Made by a program: the position numbers and the translations under genes
The notes under the pieces: model-generated
Told to the model about the DNA's origin: nothing
The model's database searches: none
The model's input: the letters and a program-made list of their open reading frames with translations, nothing else
Part shown: positions 59,785 through 64,000 of the stretch, in pieces
Position numbering within the stretch: position 1 is the stretch's first letter
Layout of the letters: every line of letters starts with the position of its first letter
NCBI GenBank assembly: GCA_046483495.1
Contig: JAWODC010000026.1
Coordinates: forward strand, 10,838 to 74,837
DNA length: 64,000 bases
Source: Desulfobacterales bacterium
GTDB lineage: Bacteria > Desulfobacterota > Desulfobacteria > Desulfobacterales > UBA5616
Direction of reading: 5' to 3'

Positions 59785-62292
59785 TTACAAAATGTAAGGC
59801 GACAGGTACGTGGTCAAATAAGAAAGAATTCCCGCCGCTACTGCGAAAAACAGGAAAATTTCAGTGTTCTGGAGCCATAAGGCCAATCGGGGCGCACCGA
59901 GGGGTTCCCCGGACGCCAGCATGCGGGCAAAAGTACCGGCCGTTATACAGGTTCCGGTCAGGGCCGTCAGCAGGACAAATCCGTTTATCGTAAAAAATAT
60001 GGATGCATAGGCATTGTCCGAATGGGAAAAGGGCGTCGATGCCAGGCTCCACCATTGGCCGGCCGCAAAACACAGTCCTGAAACGATAATGCCCGCCATG
60101 ACGTAAATGATCGGCCTGCGACGTTTTTGCCGCCGCATACGGAAAGAGATCACCTGGAGAACCCCTGCCGCAGCCAGTGCCGCGTATGCCGCCGAGGAAA
60201 TTTTAAGGTCCGGCAGCGGAAGTCCGAACTGCGGCCACTGGGCGGAATACAGCCGGAGGTAAAAATAGCTGTAGATCAAGACCGCAAGAACCGTGAACAG
60301 GATGGCCGCCATTCCCAGCATTGCCCACCATCCCACGGACCGGGAGCCCGAAGACAACAGCGGCAGTTTTAGATGTTCGGTGAGATAATCGGCTTCCCCG
60401 GGATCGATCTCCGGTTCCCGTGTCAGCCAGTATCCGATGAGAATGACGGCGAAAACAGAGGCGATGACAGCCGGCATATAGCTGTCGCCGAGAATCGAAA
60501 CGGCTGCCGTCAAAAAAGCGACAGCCGTGAGAAACGGCAGCATCGTCGGGCCGGGAAGATGCTGAACAGCCTGCGGCAGCCCGTTGGTGATATCGGTGAC
60601 GAGGTTCGCCCGCCATTTGGCGGGACGGCTGTCGAGCTTCTCCGCCGTGCGGACCAGCTCTTCTTGCAGGGTGTCGTCCGGCGCCGGCTGCCACAAGGGA
60701 TATCGGTCGCGCACCACGGGGGGGCGTATGAATCCGGAGGGGTGCGGCGGCGAGGTGATGGACCACTCGATTGTGCCGCCCTGCCAGGGATTGTCATCCG
60801 CACGCCTGCCCCTTCCTGCGCTCCAGAGAAGGCCCAACAGCGCGACGGCAAATCCGATGCCAAGCAGGTAGGCGCCGAGGGTGGAAACAAAATTCAGCGT
60901 ACCGACGTCGAGTTCTTCGGGAAAGGTGAAAACACGCCGCCGCATACCCAAAAGTCCGATAATGTACATCGGGATAAACGTTACATTGAAACCGATAAAA
61001 ATCAGCCCGAAACCGATTTTGCCGGGTATTTCTTGGGCGATTCTGCCGGTGAACTTCGGCAGCCAGTAGTAGAGGCCGGCCAAAAACGGAAAAACCGCAC
61101 CGCCGATCAACACATGGTGAAAATGGGCCACTACGAAATGTGTGTCGTGAACCTGCCAATCGAAGGGCATCGTCGCCACCATGACCCCGGTCATGCCTCC
61201 GTTGATAAAAACGAAAAAGAACCCTAAAATAAACAGCATGGGGACGGTATAGCGGGGGCGGCTTCCCCATAGCGTGGCGATCCAGGCGAAGACCTGGGTT
61301 CCGGAGGCAAGAGCGATCATGAAACTGGCCGCCGTAAAAAACAGCATGGGCAGGTCGGGCAGACCGCTAGTGAACATGTGATGGGTCCAAAGACCGAAGC
61401 TGACGAAAGCGGTGACCAGAATGGCCAGTATCACCAGTTTGTATGCCACCATGCGACGGCGCGCCAGGACGGGAATAATCGCGGAAAGGACGCCGGTCGC
61501 CGGCAGAAAAATGATGTACACTTCCGGATGGCCGAAAAACCAGAACAGATGCTGCCAGAGAAGAGAATTTCCCCCCAACCGGGGGTCGAAAAAGCGGAAC
61601 CCGAAGGTTCTTTCCATCTCAAGAAGAAGAGAGGCGATCAAAAGGGGTGTAAATGCGAAAATAATCATTACGCCGGTGGCGACATAAGCCCAGATAAACA
61701 GCGGCATGTTCTGAATGGCCATCCCCGGAGCGCGGAACTTGAAAATCGTGATCGTGATCTCGACAGCCGCCCCGATGCCGGCAATTTCGATGAGGCTTAG
61801 CCCCAACAGCCAGAAATCCAGCCCTTTTCCCGAAAAGCGCGAACCCGAAAGCGGCGTATAGGCGGTCCATCCCGCATCCGGTACGGTTCCGAAAAGCAGG
61901 CTCGAATACATTACCAGTCCGCCGAAAAGAAACAGCCAGAATCCGAAATTCGTGAGGCGGGGATAAGCGACGTCACGGGACCCGATCAGAAGCGGAATCA
62001 TGTATAAACCAAGACCCTCGATGAACGGTACGGCAAACAGGTAAAGCATTGTCGATCCGTGCATCGTAAATACACGGTTGTAGACGCCGGGAGTGAGCAT
62101 GTGGTTTTCCGGTACGGCCAACTGCGTACGCATGACCAGTGCGAGCACCACGCCGACAAGGAAAAACGCCAGGGAGGCCGCCATGTAACGGATGCCGAGC
62201 GGCCGGTTGTTGACGTCGGAAATCCAGCCGATAAGACCTTTCGGCGATTCCCAGGTCCGGGTAAACAACAGGTGACGTTCAGAATGGTTCAT
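59785..62292 (-). CDS. ctaD: A-family heme-copper oxidase subunit I fused to a subunit III-like domain
   Basis: FTMHG, FGHPEVY, WTHHM, VAHFH, GMRRR; C-terminal SYFYLR..WP and NAYASIF; ATG overlaps the upstream TGA (ATGA). Confidence 0.92.
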   Translation of the reverse strand: MNHSERHLLFTRTWESPKGLIGWISDVNNRPLGIRYMAASLAFFLVGVVLALVMRTQLAVPENHMLTPGVYNRVFTMHGSTMLYLFAVPFIEGLGLYMIPLLIGSRDVAYPRLTNFGFWLFLFGGLVMYSSLLFGTVPDAGWTAYTPLSGSRFSGKGLDFWLLGLSLIEIAGIGAAVEITITIFKFRAPGMAIQNMPLFIWAYVATGVMIIFAFTPLLIASLLLEMERTFGFRFFDPRLGGNSLLWQHLFWFFGHPEVYIIFLPATGVLSAIIPVLARRRMVAYKLVILAILVTAFVSFGLWTHHMFTSGLPDLPMLFFTAASFMIALASGTQVFAWIATLWGSRPRYTVPMLFILGFFFVFINGGMTGVMVATMPFDWQVHDTHFVVAHFHHVLIGGAVFPFLAGLYYWLPKFTGRIAQEIPGKIGFGLIFIGFNVTFIPMYIIGLLGMRRRVFTFPEELDVGTLNFVSTLGAYLLGIGFAVALLGLLWSAGRGRRADDNPWQGGTIEWSITSPPHPSGFIRPPVVRDRYPLWQPAPDDTLQEELVRTAEKLDSRPAKWRANLVTDITNGLPQAVQHLPGPTMLPFLTAVAFLTAAVSILGDSYMPAVIASVFAVILIGYWLTREPEIDPGEADYLTEHLKLPLLSSGSRSVGWWAMLGMAAILFTVLAVLIYSYFYLRLYSAQWPQFGLPLPDLKISSAAYAALAAAGVLQVISFRMRRQKRRRPIIYVMAGIIVSGLCFAAGQWWSLASTPFSHSDNAYASIFFTINGFVLLTALTGTCITAGTFARMLASGEPLGAPRLALWLQNTEIFLFFAVAAGILSYLTTYLSPYIL

Positions 62293-63326
62293 TTCAGGCT
62301 CCACAGGTATGCCGTAAGCGCATGGAGATCCTCGGGCGGCAAATACGATTTCGGCATCAGGTTCTCCGGTTTGATATCCTGTGGATTGGCGATCCAGCCG
62401 GCCAGTGATCCCGGTGTATTGACAATGGTGCCGGCGCCGAGCGTTTTTCGTGATCCCACGTGGGTCAGGTCGGGACCGGTGCTGCTTTCGGATAAGCCCC
62501 TGATTGCATGGCATGCCATACATCCCTCCTGAATGAATGCGCGTTCTCCCCGCACCAGACGCGGGTCCGCCGGGGCAGCCGGCGGACGGCGGCGGTCATC
62601 GACCCATCTTTCGAAATCCTCCGGATCATGGGCGATCAGACGAAAAGCCATCAGGGCATGCGGTCCGGCGCAGTATTCGGTGCAGGTGCCGCGATAATTC
62701 CCGGCTTCATCGGCCTGGAGTTTGATCGATGTCGGATGATCCGGCAGCATGTCCCGCTTTCCGCCGAGCCGCGGAACCCAGAAACTGTGAACCACAGCGT
62801 CGGAAACGAGTTCGAACGTCGTCAGGACACCTACCGGAATATGGATCTCGTTGGCATCGACGATGTTATACTGGGGATAATGCACCTCGAACCACCAGTG
62901 GTGACTGGTGACGTTTACCTGGAGTCCCGGCGATCCTTTGCCGAGTATTATCGTGTCGTGCACCGTGAGGGCGAGCATGACCACGAGCACAACGGTAGGT
63001 ATGGCGATTCCGGCAATAAAAACGAACCGCGGGCCCGGAAGACGGCCGTTTTTTCGGTGAATTACAAGTGCGGCAGCGAGCAGCCCCAGTGCAATAATAT
63101 AGATGGAGCCGTATACAACCAGCATTTCCCACCAGAGATCGGCGATCCGTGATGCTGCCGGACCTGCCGGATAGAGCATGGATTCCGATGCCTCGGCGGG
63201 CCTGGTCCTGATCATTCGATTAAAAAGCGCCGTTAAAAGAAGCAGTGATACAGCAATCCAGCCCGGCCGGCGCTTCGGTTTTTTCATCGATCGATCTGCT
63301 CCTGTAGACGGGGCATTCCTTTGCAT
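62289..63326 (-). CDS. coxB: Cytochrome c oxidase subunit II with CuA and fused cytochrome c
   Basis: VHSFWVP, CTEYCAGPHALM, CMACH. Confidence 0.93.
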   Translation of the reverse strand: MQRNAPSTGADRSMKKPKRRPGWIAVSLLLLTALFNRMIRTRPAEASESMLYPAGPAASRIADLWWEMLVVYGSIYIIALGLLAAALVIHRKNGRLPGPRFVFIAGIAIPTVVLVVMLALTVHDTIILGKGSPGLQVNVTSHHWWFEVHYPQYNIVDANEIHIPVGVLTTFELVSDAVVHSFWVPRLGGKRDMLPDHPTSIKLQADEAGNYRGTCTEYCAGPHALMAFRLIAHDPEDFERWVDDRRRPPAAPADPRLVRGERAFIQEGCMACHAIRGLSESSTGPDLTHVGSRKTLGAGTIVNTPGSLAGWIANPQDIKPENLMPKSYLPPEDLHALTAYLWSLK

Positions 63327-63665
63327 GGGTTTAGTTTAGAAAGCCACAGATTAAAACCACTATCTAGTGTCCATCCATAAATGGCCCTTTCACGCGATTT
63401 CTGCGTTGGACGCAAAATCGAAATCCTCAAAATAGCACACGATTCCTGCGGTTTCGATCTTGCGGCCGCCTTGAACTCACGCGAAATTGCCTATTTCTGG
63501 ATGGACAATATCTATCCTTATCCCGGAAACTGTATAATCCAAATACGGTCAATTATGTATACGCTGACAAAATCCGGCGTAAGATGCATGTGTTGCATGG
63601 AAACGAAAATGAAAACTGCGGCTGGACGGTCATCGATCGCATTCAAGAAAAATGTGAAGGCCTGG

Positions 63666-64000
63666 TTATAGGGGAGGTTCGGCCGGAACGGCATGAAGAA
63701 TAGGTGAGTCGGCGGGCAGGCAAAAAAGAAGCTTTTGCTTATGGAGTTTAAATCGAAATTCTTTTCCGTTGACGGGCTCTCCATCGATGTTCAGATGGAT
63801 GGGTTCACGAGTCGACAGGTCCAGCCACGGGAGTTGTGCATACTGGATATCACCGGGGTTTTCAGACCGGCTCATATGATAGTAATCCGAAATCAGAGAG
63901 AGCAGCCCTTTGTCGGATTCGGGCATGATCATCAGATCGAGCAGACCGTCCGTGATCACCGCTCGGGGTGAAACGGAAAATCCGCCGCCCGCTCTTCTCC
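63666..64000 (-). CDS. C-terminal part of a YegS/diacylglycerol-kinase family lipid kinase (partial)
   Basis: GRRAGGGF...TDGLLDL...LNIDGEP. Confidence 0.8.
   Translation of the reverse strand, partial: RRAGGGFSVSPRAVITDGLLDLMIMPESDKGLLSLISDYYHMSRSENPGDIQYAQLPWLDLSTREPIHLNIDGEPVNGKEFRFKLHKQKLLFCLPADSPILHAVPAEPPL

Noticed and set aside
62293..62523. N-terminal extension of CoxI in the ORF track (likewise the long starts at 14668, 21765, 24404, 33565, 38195, 40634, 48161)
   Set aside because: They overlap neighbouring genes or promoters; downstream starts have better SD, coupling or family-consistent N-termini
1..64000. Prophage, defence system, integrative island, tRNA/rRNA, sigma-54 promoters
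   Set aside because: No integrase, att/tRNA, phage, Cas or restriction motifs seen; TGGCA candidates I checked lacked correct -12 spacing

Overview
Gene-dense bacterial chromosomal window with no rRNA, tRNA, CRISPR array, integrase or transposase visible. Pyruvate:ferredoxin oxidoreductase, three Cys-rich 4Fe-4S paralogues and a desulforedoxin-like peptide suggest an anaerobe, probably Desulfobacterota (inference). Superimposed on this is a large set of general-stress/desiccation genes (LigD, TreT+GalT, PfpI, MscS, YihY, App1, cardiolipin synthase, BON/SRPBCC, PRC-barrel, DUF72, Mla-type ABC) and a ~15 kb glycosylation cluster of unknown product (TIGR04290-type methyltransferase, three CgeB-like GTs, NDP-sugar epimerases, and an apparently circularly permuted clan GH-A hydrolase). 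The strongest novelty candidate is the minus-strand respiratory operon at 56000-63326 (CoxII-c, CoxI+III fusion, small membrane protein, Rieske, cytochrome b-c fusion, cytochrome c, heme o synthase). Three components deviate from canonical motifs: Rieske box I is CTDLGC (His ligand replaced by Asp), the cytochrome b Qo motif is EEWW rather than PEWY, and the oxidase lacks the K-channel Lys and three D-channel Asn. Also seen: a 148-bp palindromic MITE-like element at the cls stop codon, two small Cys-rich ORFs missing from the ORF track, a PAP2 pseudogene and a recurring intergenic dyad motif. All family calls are from recognised motifs; no searches were run.
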